A DNA stretch of 64,000 nt, taken from positions 31,545,112 through 31,609,111 of the forward strand of contig NC_092675.1 of NCBI RefSeq assembly GCF_964355755.1. Reading direction: 5' to 3'. Below, piece after piece: positions 42,701 through 52,900 of the stretch. The position numbers and the translations under genes are program-made. The notes under the pieces were generated by a model. The model did not search any database, was not told the DNA's origin, and worked only from the letters and a program-made list of their open reading frames with translations. The first letter of the stretch is position 1. Every line of letters begins with the position of its first letter. Source of the stretch: Antedon mediterranea. Lineage: Eukaryota > Animalia > Echinodermata.

Positions 42701-45700
42701 TGAAAATCCCACAAATTAATTAAGGTTAATAATCAGCAGTTAAATCTACAAACAATGGTCTGTATTACATTGGTACATTTTTTTAAAGCTCATTATCATT
42801 ATCATAAATTTATAAATATGTAAATACAGTTAGTCTTAGCACATTATTTTTTCAATTTGAAACAATAATTTAATAATAGAATAAAATGAATAACAGAATA
42901 TTTAATTTATGCCTTTTTCATTGATTTTTTTAAACATAGGTTGTAGAGGTGACGAGTTGTGGTAACTTTGCTGTTGTTGGATGGAGTACAGGACATGTTG
43001 ATACATACAACATGCAGTCTGCTATTTTTAGAGGTTCCTATGGTATCCCAGTAGGTAATGAATAACCATAGTTAGGTTCCTATGGTATCCCAGTAGGTAA
43101 TGAATAACCATAGTTAGGTCCCTATGGTATCCCAGTAGGTAATGAATAACCATAGTTAGGTTCCTATGGTATCCCAGTAGGTAATGAATAACCATAGTTA
43201 GGTTCCTATGGTATCCCAGTAGGTAATGAATAACCATAGTTAGGTTCCTATGGTATCCCAGTAGGTAATGAATAACCATAGTTAGGTTCCTATGGTATCC
43301 CAGTAGGTAATGAATAACCATAGTTATTAATGAATAATTTAAAAATTATAAACAGTTTGTAATATATTGCGCATTATATGAATATTCTTATCTGAATATA
43401 TTAATTGTATTATATCTGTCTAGTCCGACATAATGGAGACATTTGTACTGTAGCAGTCTAAACCAAATCTGTATTACAAACCATTTAATTTGAACAAATT
43501 AGTAGCAATTTGTGAGGATTTTTGTTGTCCAAACAAATAATATGTTATTTTAAAGCACATGAGGGAGCAATTCGTGGCGTAGCAGTAGACGGCCTAAACC
43601 AAGTCACTATTACAGCTGGCACTGATGGGCTTATCAAGTTTTGGAATTTCAAATCCAAGGATTTGATAAAAAATGTAAAAATGGATTGTACAATCTTAAA
43701 AGTGTTTTTACATCGAGAAAGGTCAGTCTTATTTCTTTTTGTTACCTTTTTAAAGAGAGTTACTTTTACAGTGGCTAGTTAATATTCAGGACAATGGCAC
43801 AAATCCTTTTCAAAAAGGTGGGGGGAGGGGACAAAACAAGATTTTGGCTGGGGGCTATGAAAGATGCCCGGCTCTCTCAATTTTAGGTTGTTACAATCGG
43901 TTCAATATGAACTGTACATAGTTTTAATCTATGTGTATATGAATATGAACTAAGTTAAAAAACTCAATAAGCTGCACTTCTGAATTACTAGTAAGATAGT
44001 GTTCTGAAGTAGATGGAATTTGGTAAGAGAAGCATCTTAGCTTCACCATGGTTGGGACTGAGGTAAAACTAAGAGTTGATCTTTTAGTTGCCCAACACCC
44101 TGTTAGTAACTAAAAATGTCAGTAGCAGACAATCTTCAGAATGTTCGAAATAATCTAGAGCCAAGAAGTAAAGTTAAAAAATGCGTGCATTAACTAATGG
44201 TGTTAGTAACTTATTTCTAGACTCGGTCACATCATAGATCCCGGGGACAACAATACAAAAAATTAATTAAAATATTGAAAACATACAGACATTTAGAATT
44301 TTAAATAAATCAGCATAAATCATATTGCAACTAACATTGGTGATTGTTATTTTGACAGTGGTATGTTGGCAGTAGCATTAGGTGATTTTACTTTGAATGT
44401 ACTTGATATAGACACATGCAGCATTGTCAGGATATTTGTTGGTCACAGAAATAGCATAACAGATATGGTAACTTTATTTTATTTTGTTAATGACCGATTT
44501 TAATTTATAATTCGACAAACAAATCATTTGAAATTTTGTTTTTCTTAGGCATTTCGTTCAGATGGCAGATGGTTACTTACATCATCAATGGATTCAACCA
44601 TTCGCACTTGGGACCTTCCACTTGGAAAGTAATACCTCATTCTGTTCATTAGGTTTTCAGATTAAACTTATATATATATATATATGAAAAATTAAAAAAA
44701 AATATTTTAATCTATGTAATATCAATAAATATATGAAAAATTTAAAATAATTTTCTGGTTAAAACTCACTGTGCTTTGTAATAATTAGGTAAATGAAAAA
44801 CCTGTGTTTATGAAAAGCTAGTGTTCATTAATATTAGCAGTAGCAAAATGTACTATAAAGCTAGTGTTCATTAATATTAGCAGTAGCAAAATGTACTATA
44901 AAGCTAGTGTTCATTAATATTAGCAGTAGCAAAATGTACTATAAAGCTAGTGTTCATTAATATTAGCAGTAGCAAATAGTAGTCCTAAATTACCTCCTAA
45001 ATTTCTTATATATTTTTTATTACATTTCTTCATAACATACAGTTTATATCTGTTCTCAAAACACCTTACTTTTTCAGATTATTATTTTCTTTGCAATCAT
45101 TTACTTTTAGTTAAACCAATTTTAAATAACGTTTAAAGAAGTGTAATTTAACCCTAGTTTGAAAACTGTGAACTGCTTCATGGACTAAATATATATATAT
45201 ATATATATATATAAATTGGCGTGTGAATTTTAGTGCCAGCAGCTGTCTGAAATTGGTGTTAAAATGTTCCCCTGCTGTTATAACTTTTTCCAGCAAACTG
45301 TCTACATACAGTATATACACCTACCAATATATCTTTTCTTGTCTGTTTTCAATAACTGCAATGGTCCTTCCCTATGTGCTGTCAGTTTTGGCTAACTTGT
45401 GTGGGATGAGGACTTATGCACATTCTTATATTTATATATGTTCCCCATCTTATATTTGTCACTTAAAGAATTGACGACACCAAACCAGTCTGATACAGTT
45501 GACAGTTTTAATTTAAATTGTACTTAACATTTCAAACTTCATTTCTAATGCATACAAGTTATGTTGCTAATATTTGAATGTTGATTGTCAACAATATTGT
45601 TCAATTTTAGATTGGTTGATTCCTTCTTATTGGATTCCCCGGCAACAAGCTTAACTCTTTCTGTAACATGTGATTACTTGGCAACCACTCATGTTGATGA

Positions 45701-48700
45701 TTTAGGAGTTTATTTATGGTATTCTAAGCTTTTTTTAAATGTAAAACGACAACTTTCTGCAAGGAAATGTACTATATTCCTACAGAAAGTAATAAATCTG
45801 TATTTGATCAATTAGTCACATGATCTTTACTATTAATAAAAGAATTCATAAATACCGTGCAAGTTATTAACTTGCCTAATGCATTCATCAATAGTAATAT
45901 TAGACTTTATCTAATTTGTATCTAAACGTTATCTAATAATGGTTTGTCATTTTGTATAACCTTTATAATTTAGTCTATGCAAGTCATCAAATATCACTTA
46001 CTTAAAATCATCTACTGTCATTGTTGTCATCAAGTTACTTGTAGTAATTTGATACTATACAACTCAAGGTGATATAAAACCTGGTTAATATCATTATGGA
46101 CGAATTATCAATCGTAAATTATAAATTTGATAATGCATTTTACATTAAACTGATATTTACTGATATTAAAATTATGGTAAATACAGGTAAAAATTGTATC
46201 CCCTGTAAAATCTATTTAGTTATCTAAATATTGATAAAAAACCTCAGCTATTGGTTAGGAAAGTTGTGCAATTTATTATCTTAAAATGATTTAATTGTGT
46301 ATAAAGTCTTCTGTATATTAGTACTACAATTTAGTACTAAACTACATGTTTATTCATAATAGGAACAATAGAACATTGTTTGTACATGTGTGTTAGTACA
46401 GTACTAAACTACATGTTTATTTATAATAGAAACAATAGAACATTGTTTGTGTTAGTACAGTACTTAACTACATGTTTATTCATAATAGGAACAATAGAAC
46501 ATTGTTTGTACATGTGTGTTAGTACAGTACTAAACTACATGTTTATTTATAATAGGAACAATAGAACATTGTTTGTACATGTGTGTTAGTACAGTACTAA
46601 ACTACATGTTTATTTATAATAGGAACAATAGAACATTGTTTGTACATGTGTGTTAGTACAGTACTAAACTACATGTTTATTCATAATAGGAACAATAGAA
46701 CATTGTTTGTACATGTGTGTTAGTACAGTACTAAACTACATGTTTATTCATAATAGGAACAATAGAACATTGTTTGTGTTAGTACAGTACTAAACTACAT
46801 GTTTATTCATAATAGGAACAATAGAACATTGTTTGTACATGTGTGTTAGTACAGTACTAAACTACATGTTTATTTATAATAGGAACAATAGAACATTGTT
46901 TGTACATGTGTGTTAGTACAGTACTAAACTACATGTTTATTTATAATAGGAACAATAGAACATTGTTTGTACATGTGTGTTAGTACAGTACTAAACTACA
47001 TGTTTATTCATAATAGGAACAATAGAACATTGTTTGTACATGTGTCTCTTCAAGCATTACCTGATGACTTTAAACCAACAGTAGTAGCTCTTCCAGGAAC
47101 CTGCATTAACACCAAAGGTAAACCACAGATATATGGTCGCTCTAATAAATTTTGAATAAAATTTGAATCTCAATTCTGGATCACTTTTTAATATTTTCAA
47201 ACCACTGAAAGTTATATACTACAATGACTCAATTTCATTTTGGGGGCATCTCTACCAGGATCCCAATTCTGGACCACTTTTTACTATTTTACTAATTTAA
47301 ACTACTGTTATATACCACAATGACTTAATTTCATTTTGGGGGCATCTCTACCAGGATCCCAATTCTGGACCGCTGTAGGATGATGGCCAAATTGTAAGTT
47401 GTTTTTTGTTAACCAACTGAAAACTACATAATTTGTGTATAACAAACATTAGACAACGCCCTGTTTGGTTGAGTATTTTAAACAATAGGAATTTTAGAAC
47501 AATGCTTAATCATTTTGGAGGTATGATCTTGGCGGAGGTGAACTCTTGGCGGAGGTCAGCTCTTGGCGGAGGTCAGCTCTTGGCGGAGGTCAGATCTTGG
47601 CGGACCTATGTAATCTCTGACTGCTCTTGTTTGTTAATTAAGAAACCTCTATTTTTATATTTACCTCTGAAAGAGATTCATGTTAAGTTGATTGTATTTT
47701 TTAAGAATCTGATAATGAGGAAATAAAGGATGTATATGAATTTGATGGTAACTTCAAGTCTCCTGATCAGATTTCATCTGAATTAGTTACTTTGTCATTA
47801 TTACCACAATCAAGATGGAAAAGTTTAACTAATCTTGAACTTATACGGGTAAGAATTCATAAGTTTTAAGTTCAATAAACCTTTTCAGATATAATTTGTG
47901 CTTTAATTGCCTTAGTTTGGTTTTATATAAATTGTTATTGGTGGAATATTTTGGGTGAAAATGGTGGATAATTAATAGTTTTTTTTTATTTTTCAACAGA
48001 AACGGAATAAGCCAAAAGAGCCACCAAAATTAGCTCAAGTGCCATTTTTCTTACCAACACTTCCAGGATTAGAATTGAAATTTGCTACATCAGAATTGAA
48101 AGATAGTTCAGAGGTAAATACAGGTTACAGTAGTATCCCTTCTATGATGAGTACTGACAATGAAGAGAAACGTAGCGTTTTTTGTGTGCTTGTCGGCTGA
48201 AATAAAAAAGTATATATTTTAATAACATGTATTCTAAATTTAAAGGCTTCTAGAATTCTCCAAATAGATGCTCTTGCTGAAACATCTGAACTGTGTAATT
48301 ATTTATCACGAGCAGAAGAAACTCGAGACTGTAAGTTTAAAAACTTTCTTTCAAATAATAACCTTTTTTTAGAGCTATATTTATCAAACCATGTGTTAAT
48401 GACTTATGTCAACTAACTATGCATTCACTCAGGATTTTGTAAAACTGATTTAGTACAATCAGTGACTTGATACAAAGATTTGTTATGAAGCAACTTCATA
48501 CCCAGACATATGTGTCAAATAACCTCTTTTGTATACCACTTCATCAATATCATCAATGATATAATGTAATATCCTTACAAAATATTACCCTTCTATTTTT
48601 TTTTAGATATGCCTGTACTACTTTTTATGAAAGAACTTGGACCATCTGCCATTGACACACAAATTCGTTCTCTGTCTCCAATTGGAGGAGGTTCTGTGCA

Positions 48701-49076
48701 TATGATGATCTATTTCATACAATTTTTGAATTCTGAATTGTCTAGCAAACAGGATTATCAACTGGTACAGGCTTATTTGGGGTTGTTCTTAAAAGTGAGT
48801 ATAATAATGATAATTTATATACCTACATAAAATCAATACAAGATAATTTTCCAACCATAATTTTATTGAACTTTTGGTATGTTCATAATTTTAAATTCAT
48901 ATAAATATTTTTGTATATATTTTTAGATTCATGGGGAGTTGTTAACAAAGGATTCAGATTTGACAGGTGAACTTGAAACTCTACAAAGAATTCAAACGAC
49001 TGCTTGGAAAGAACTCAATAAAAAGTTTAACCAAAGTGCATGTATTGTAAACTACTTGAAAAATGCCACAATATGA
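6741..49076 (+). CDS. WDR36: WD repeat-containing protein 36 / UTP21 (SSU processome), 22 coding exons, about 889 aa
   Basis: Exons 6741-6884, 15158-15185, 15391-15491, 17608-17722, 17837-17969, 23366-23420, 30322-30454, 30880-31055, 31743-31863, 41597-41746, 42199-42353, 42940-43054, 43556-43721, 44359-44467, 44549-44628, 45611-45718, 47017-47117, 47706-47848, 48000-48113, 48246-48330, 48607-48794, 48927-49076. All junctions are GT-AG and phase-consistent, totalling 2670 nt. Recognisable WDR36 peptides: RALGFYSN, HPSTYLNKILFGS, APAVDVVA, QDWGPITAISFRTDGHP, TSCGNFAV, AVDGLNQ, DGRWL, LVTLSLLPQSRW, KPKEPPK, QAYLGLFLK, FNQSACIVNYLK. Confidence 0.97.
7196..12898 (-). mobile_element. Academ (AcademX-type) DNA transposon, internally deleted and decayed, in WDR36 intron 1
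   Basis: Terminal inverted repeats TAGGCTATGGGGCATG...CATGCCCCATAGCCTA, with further subterminal matches (TTTCGTGATC.CCTA.CGGGGGGGAG; GCCGGTCCCGCTT). 3-bp TSD CTA at 7193-7195 and 12899-12901. Internal XPG/PIN-like and Cys-rich coding remnants are present. Confidence 0.85.
10480..11600 (-). pseudogene. Academ transposase C-terminal remnants: XPG-like nuclease and Cys-rich (CXC-like) finger
   Basis: EEADTRMFL...SPDTDDVFI...HCFTGCDSV..FFGNGK (XPG/FEN-like), then PP...HI..ANSQA...GNGW and CKKSKC...CCVSLGFSCTELCSCKNCNN. The remnants are broken by frameshifts and stops. An N-terminal exon remnant with an H..CYQYFT motif lies near 12230-12580. Confidence 0.82.
13057..14918. mobile_element. MULE/Mutator-type MITE with long TIRs (outer element)
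   Basis: Ends are CGCTGTGGCTAAAGATACGGTACCGTATTCTA and TAGAATACGGTACCGTATCTTTAGCCACGGCG. 9-bp TSD AATAAATAA at 13048-13056 and 14919-14927. The left TIR resumes at about 14205 and mirrors 14774-14890. Confidence 0.85.
13101..14204. mobile_element. Foldback MITE (about 290-bp TIRs) nested in the left TIR of the outer MITE
   Basis: 13101-13385 is the near-perfect reverse complement of 13920-14202. It is flanked by a duplicated 9-mer TAACTTCTG (13092-13100, 14205-14213). Confidence 0.82.
15544..17570 (+). mobile_element. 5'-truncated CR1/L2-group LINE with an uninterrupted reverse transcriptase reading frame, in WDR36 intron 3
   Basis: Frame is open 15544-17232 with RT motifs YRPISIT, QFG, DFSKAFD, GVPQGTKLGP, FVDD and KLLGV. 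No endonuclease domain (truncated). AT-rich 3' UTR and (TAAA)n tail at about 17538-17570. Confidence 0.92.
18071..22726. repeat. Minisatellite, 46 bp unit (44 and 48 bp variants), about 100 copies, WDR36 intron 5
   Basis: Unit TACAGTACATTT(TT)CAGATACAGACTGTGTGTGAGTGGCCCTTTGATG. Confidence 0.98.
23639..30210. repeat. Minisatellite, 46 bp unit, about 140 copies, WDR36 intron 6
   Basis: Unit ACATACATACAATACACATGCTAGACCCAGGGGACTCCAACAGCAA. Confidence 0.98.
31893..33957. repeat. Minisatellite, 47 bp unit, about 44 copies, WDR36 intron 9 (left part of an interrupted array)
   Basis: Unit AAAATCATTATGATTTCATRTCTGTTATGCATGCTMTAGAACTGTGT. Confidence 0.97.
34821..35780 (+). pseudogene. Chapaev/RAG1-related transposase remnants (N-terminal Chapa zinc finger and C-terminal catalytic-E region; core deleted)
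   Basis: After the acceptor at 34820: ATQFHEKALRSTCFCCG (H-x7-C-x2-C-G), later TCHSR and GHGPNCLAC. At 35531-35690: PKLHMLEHHAIAFMREWKGVSEQGG/ELIHAKLNR, with a 16-bp duplication that shifts the frame. Confidence 0.72.
35970..38545. repeat. Four tandem copies of a 642-647 bp unit inside the Chapaev-like element
   Basis: Copies start AGCATGGTA(A)ACACAATTTAA at 35970, 36617, 37261 and 37903. The fourth copy is more diverged. Confidence 0.9.
38849..39651. mobile_element. MITE with TIRs and many TTGCGCAA palindromic subrepeats (nested in the Chapaev-like element)
   Basis: GTGTTATGCGCGATTTGAACGATTTGCGCAATTTGAAATTGCGCAA... is mirrored at about 39590-39651. No clear TSD. Confidence 0.75.
39693..40413. 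mobile_element. MITE with about 75-bp TIRs (nested in the Chapaev-like element)
   Basis: GGTGACTACTTCTTCGCATGCAGCTAAAGTAAAATGACGTCAC... is mirrored by ...GTGACGTCATTTTACTTTAGCTGCATGCGAAGAAGTAGTCACC. Confidence 0.8.
40671..40992. repeat. Right part (about 7 copies) of the 47-bp minisatellite
   Basis: Same unit as 31893-33957. Confidence 0.96.
41801..42041. repeat. 44 bp tandem repeat, about 5.5 copies, WDR36 intron 10
   Basis: Unit CATTGGGATACCAGGCTCTGCATAACAGCATACCTTATTACCAA. Confidence 0.93.
42400..42669. mobile_element. Probable short MITE
   Basis: Imperfect TIRs ACCCTTTTCACACCTGCA and TGCAGATGTGAAAAGGT. Confidence 0.45.
43032..43325. repeat. 42 bp tandem repeat x7 that includes the exon-12 3' end and splice donor
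   Basis: Unit AGGTTCCTATGGTATCCCAGTAG|GTAATGAATAACCATAGTT. Confidence 0.95.
44814..44976. repeat. 43 bp tandem repeat, about 3.8 copies
   Basis: Unit AAAGCTAGTGTTCATTAATATTAGCAGTAGCAAAATGTACTAT. Confidence 0.9.
46333..47046. repeat. 67 bp (59 bp variant) tandem repeat x11 that includes the exon-17 splice acceptor and exon start
   Basis: Unit AGTACAGTACTAAACTACATGTTTATTYATAATAG|GAACAATAGAACATTGTTTGTACATGTGTGTT. Confidence 0.95.
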
Positions 49077-49314
49077 GAAATCTTATAAAATAAAAATAAA
49101 TAAATCATATTTAGGTTTTTGATTGGACTAAACAAACAATGTGACAATGAATTTAGTTATTGGCCACCATTGAACAAAAGACTTCCTCTTTACTCCTGGG
49201 TGCAAAAACATGTGTATTAATTAATATTTTAACTGTACTATATTTTACTATACTTTCGATGATTAAAGCTGTTGTCATACATGCATGTTGTAGATGATTG
49301 TAGCTGCTGGCATG

Positions 49315-49370
49315 GGGTGGGTGGGGGGGGGGGGGGGGGGGTGGGGGGCGGGGGGGGGGGGGGAGGGGTG
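49315..49370 (+). repeat. Poly-G / G-rich tract
   Basis: Long G runs downstream of the WDR36 poly-A signals. Run lengths are unreliable in assemblies. Confidence 0.6.
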
Positions 49371-49969
49371 TCATGTCCCTGATATAGCTGTATTTTAAAT
49401 GGTGTTTTTCTACCTAGTGTTTGGAATAAGAAATGTGATGATATACAATTCCCTTTTTGTGTAATTCAAAATAAAATGAGAATTTCAAACAGTTGAGTAT
49501 TATTTCGAGTACATTATTCTAGAAAAAGCTCTCGTAATTTAGAAGTTCTTATCATTTTCTTTGTTCTAAAATATTATTTACATTGTAATTCATATTGCAG
49601 TGCCCCTCAAGTGCCTGGTATAATAAGGTCCAATTTCAAATAGTTGTTTTATTCCGTGTTGTATGTTTATGTAACAATATAATTACAGTACAATGCACAC
49701 AATTGGCGTGTATATTGTTACCATGGGAAAGTTCACTGAAGCAAATGTCTAATTTAATTAAAAAGTATTTATTGGATACAATCGATCTTAACTCTTTCTA
49801 TAAGGCGAGAGTGGACAGGCAAGTTATGGCATTTTAAGGCTCCTGCTATTGTTTAATCATTTAACAGGTACAGTAAATAAACACTTATATTTGTCATGTC
49901 GTTTAGCCAGTTTCTCTTTGCATTAAACATGTTTTAGAATATATTCAATTCGATTATATATTAATAGGA

Positions 49970-52900
49970 ATGGAAAAGGCACAGCGTAAAACGCTTCTAC
50001 TGAACAAATCTCGCTTAGTTGGCGATATCCAAACCGAGCAGATAATTTGGGAGCTAAAACAGTTTGAAGTGTTAACACCCATACTCTTTAAAGATATTGA
50101 GCAAGAAAGTGGACGTAAAGCAAAACTCAATCGCCTTATTGATCTCATTACATCATGTGGCCCTAAATCTTTCCAAATATTTATTGAAATTTTAACAAAA
50201 CATGGATATAATGAACTAGTGGAAAGTTTAAAAAGTGATTATCAAAGATTCCGAAATGACGACGCCAGCAAAAAAAGTAAGTTAACAAAACTGAATACCT
50301 TTTTTGTGGCATTTAAATAAAAGTGTATGCATTGGTCTTATGTATTTTCTTTTATAGTTTTTTATATCCTTCAGACCGGGGGAATTATTGATGTCAATAT
50401 CATTATACATAGGCATTATGCAGTGAGTCGAAAACATATTGACACTTGATAAAGCATGAGATTTGAATTGTATATGATAAATTATGCGTTTTGTTCATTA
50501 AATTCCAATAAACCTGATTAGAAGTATCTACAGCAAATATAGATTTAACGGTAATGATACACTACCTATGGTCAAGATGTTATAATATAAATAATACAAT
50601 TCCTTAATTAATAATAATAATGCGATTCGTTAATGATGATGCAATCCGCTAAATGATAATGCAGTCCGTTAAATAGAAATAATTCAATCCGTGAATTAAT
50701 AATGCAGCCCGTTAAATAGAAATAATTCAATCCGTTAATTAATAATGCCATCGGTTAAATAATAATCTGTCAAAATAGTCCGTAAAAAATAACCCCATAA
50801 AGTAGGCCCGGTGATATCAGGATGCACTTCTAAAATGTAATGCGCCCGTAAAATAATAATACGGTTGCGCCAGGAAAATAGTCAATTATAATTAAACCGT
50901 AAATTATTCAGCTGCTACACGTATGTCATTACTTTTCCATTGTATTTTAATCTATTCTTAACATATTTTTTTCTTAACGAAATCGTTTCAACTTGTACTT
51001 CAAGAGCCCAACATGAACCAAATAGACAAAACTAATTTAAGAAGAGCGATTTCATTTACTTCATCATCTATTGAATTACGTAGACGACATTCTCATCAGC
51101 AGTTTTACGATCAGGAATTGTCACATTTTTTAAGCAAAGATAAATCTCATAATCATGCTGTTGGAGTGACAACTTGTGAATGTTTACTTTGCAAACAGAT
51201 CACATTCTGTGGTAATCCAGTCTTAGGTACAGACAATAAGAAACTTGTATATACTGTATTTTATTGAGGCTATGCTAGTACATACTATACTTTTTTTTTG
51301 TTTCTTCACAAATTTACATGTTAACAATACTATTTATCACTTTTCAAAATAAATAATAGAGTTTTGTTATTTAATTGTATTTCCAGAAACGAAACTGATT
51401 CCTATTCCACGTACATACGGTGAGGTATGTTTGAATAACCGTGAGAGTTTCATCGAAAATGTCTGGGCAGAACACATCGTACCAGAACTACGACCACCAT
51501 TGCAGCTTAGCAATCTGGATAAACAACTATTACGAACGGAGAAATCTCGTCGGAATAGATCTGAAATATTGTTTGACTTGTTGTTACAAAAAGTGGATGA
51601 GCATGGTCATAAGGCATTCTTTATGCTGCATGGTATATTGGATAGAACGTATCCTCATGTGTCCGATCTTGTTTGGAATGACCTGATGAAAATGACGGCA
51701 CCAACACCCGAGGTACACCTCCCTAGTAAGTTTCTTTACTTTATTGTGCATACAAAGTATTGATTATTATTGTTGATATAGGCATTTGTATTCACAATAC
51801 GGAGATGTTGTTTCTTTGCCAAAACTATTGTTTCACTCCGAAGACCGAATGGGTTCAATACCAAGCCACAGTAACTCAAATTGACATTAAATAAATTAAA
51901 GGATATTTTTTGGGTATAACAATAGTTATATTAAAAATTATCTGATGTGTTATACATTAATTATAGAGCATTCTCCTGCACCTCCAAATCACAACAGAGA
52001 CAACTTTATTGGAACGATTTCGGACACGGAGTATTCACAAGAACTGCAGAAAAACAAAAAGCACACAGGTCTGAAGTCTAGTCTTAATGTTATGCAACAA
52101 GAACTTCTTAACACGGGAGCTGATAGCTTGGGAAGATCAAGACAACTTGACAGAGCATCACAATTAATTGCAGAAGCAAACGGTGCAATTAAAATGCTTG
52201 AATCAAGAATTAAATGTGTTGAGCGTGAACGAGAAGACGCCCAACATTTAGAAAGAGTGGCCAATATGCAATGTAAAGACCTTAAAAAACAAATAGAAAT
52301 GCTTGAACATGAAAGCCGACAAATTCGTAAACAAGATGAAGATCACAGAAAACGTTGGGAAAACAATAAAAAATTGAAAATGGATGAGCTTCAGAAGATG
52401 AATGATGAATTGAAATCATTGGAGAATGACTTGCACAAAACACAATTAGATCAGAATCAAAAGCATGAGGAATTGATTCAAAGGAAAAGAAATCTTGATA
52501 TAATTGAGAGTAGTTTAAGCGAAAAGGACGAAAATCAACGAGATCGTTCTGCAAAATCAATGAAGAAACAACAGAACATAAAACAGCGAGACGTAGAGGT
52601 AACGAGACGCGAAGCCGATGTGATTATACGTGAAAGGGAAGTAGAGAACCGTGAGGATTCTTGTAGGAAGACAGGCCTCGAACAAAGACGTCGTTCAATG
52701 GAATTAAAAAGAAGGGAAGCAGAAGCAATTGTGCTTCAAGAGCAATATCAAATGAAGGAAGATAATCTTAATGATCAGATAAAGGAAAACAAGATGTGAG
52801 TTGTTTTTTAGGTTTTTTTTTTTAAACTATAAAAGCAGGAAAGAATTCTTCCCTGATAAAAGCTACTAAAAGGTGCTATTTCCATTTGTGAATCTCATTG

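Noticed and set aside
49153-49374. Proline-rich ORF
   Set aside because: It is a translation of the poly-G tract on the opposite strand.
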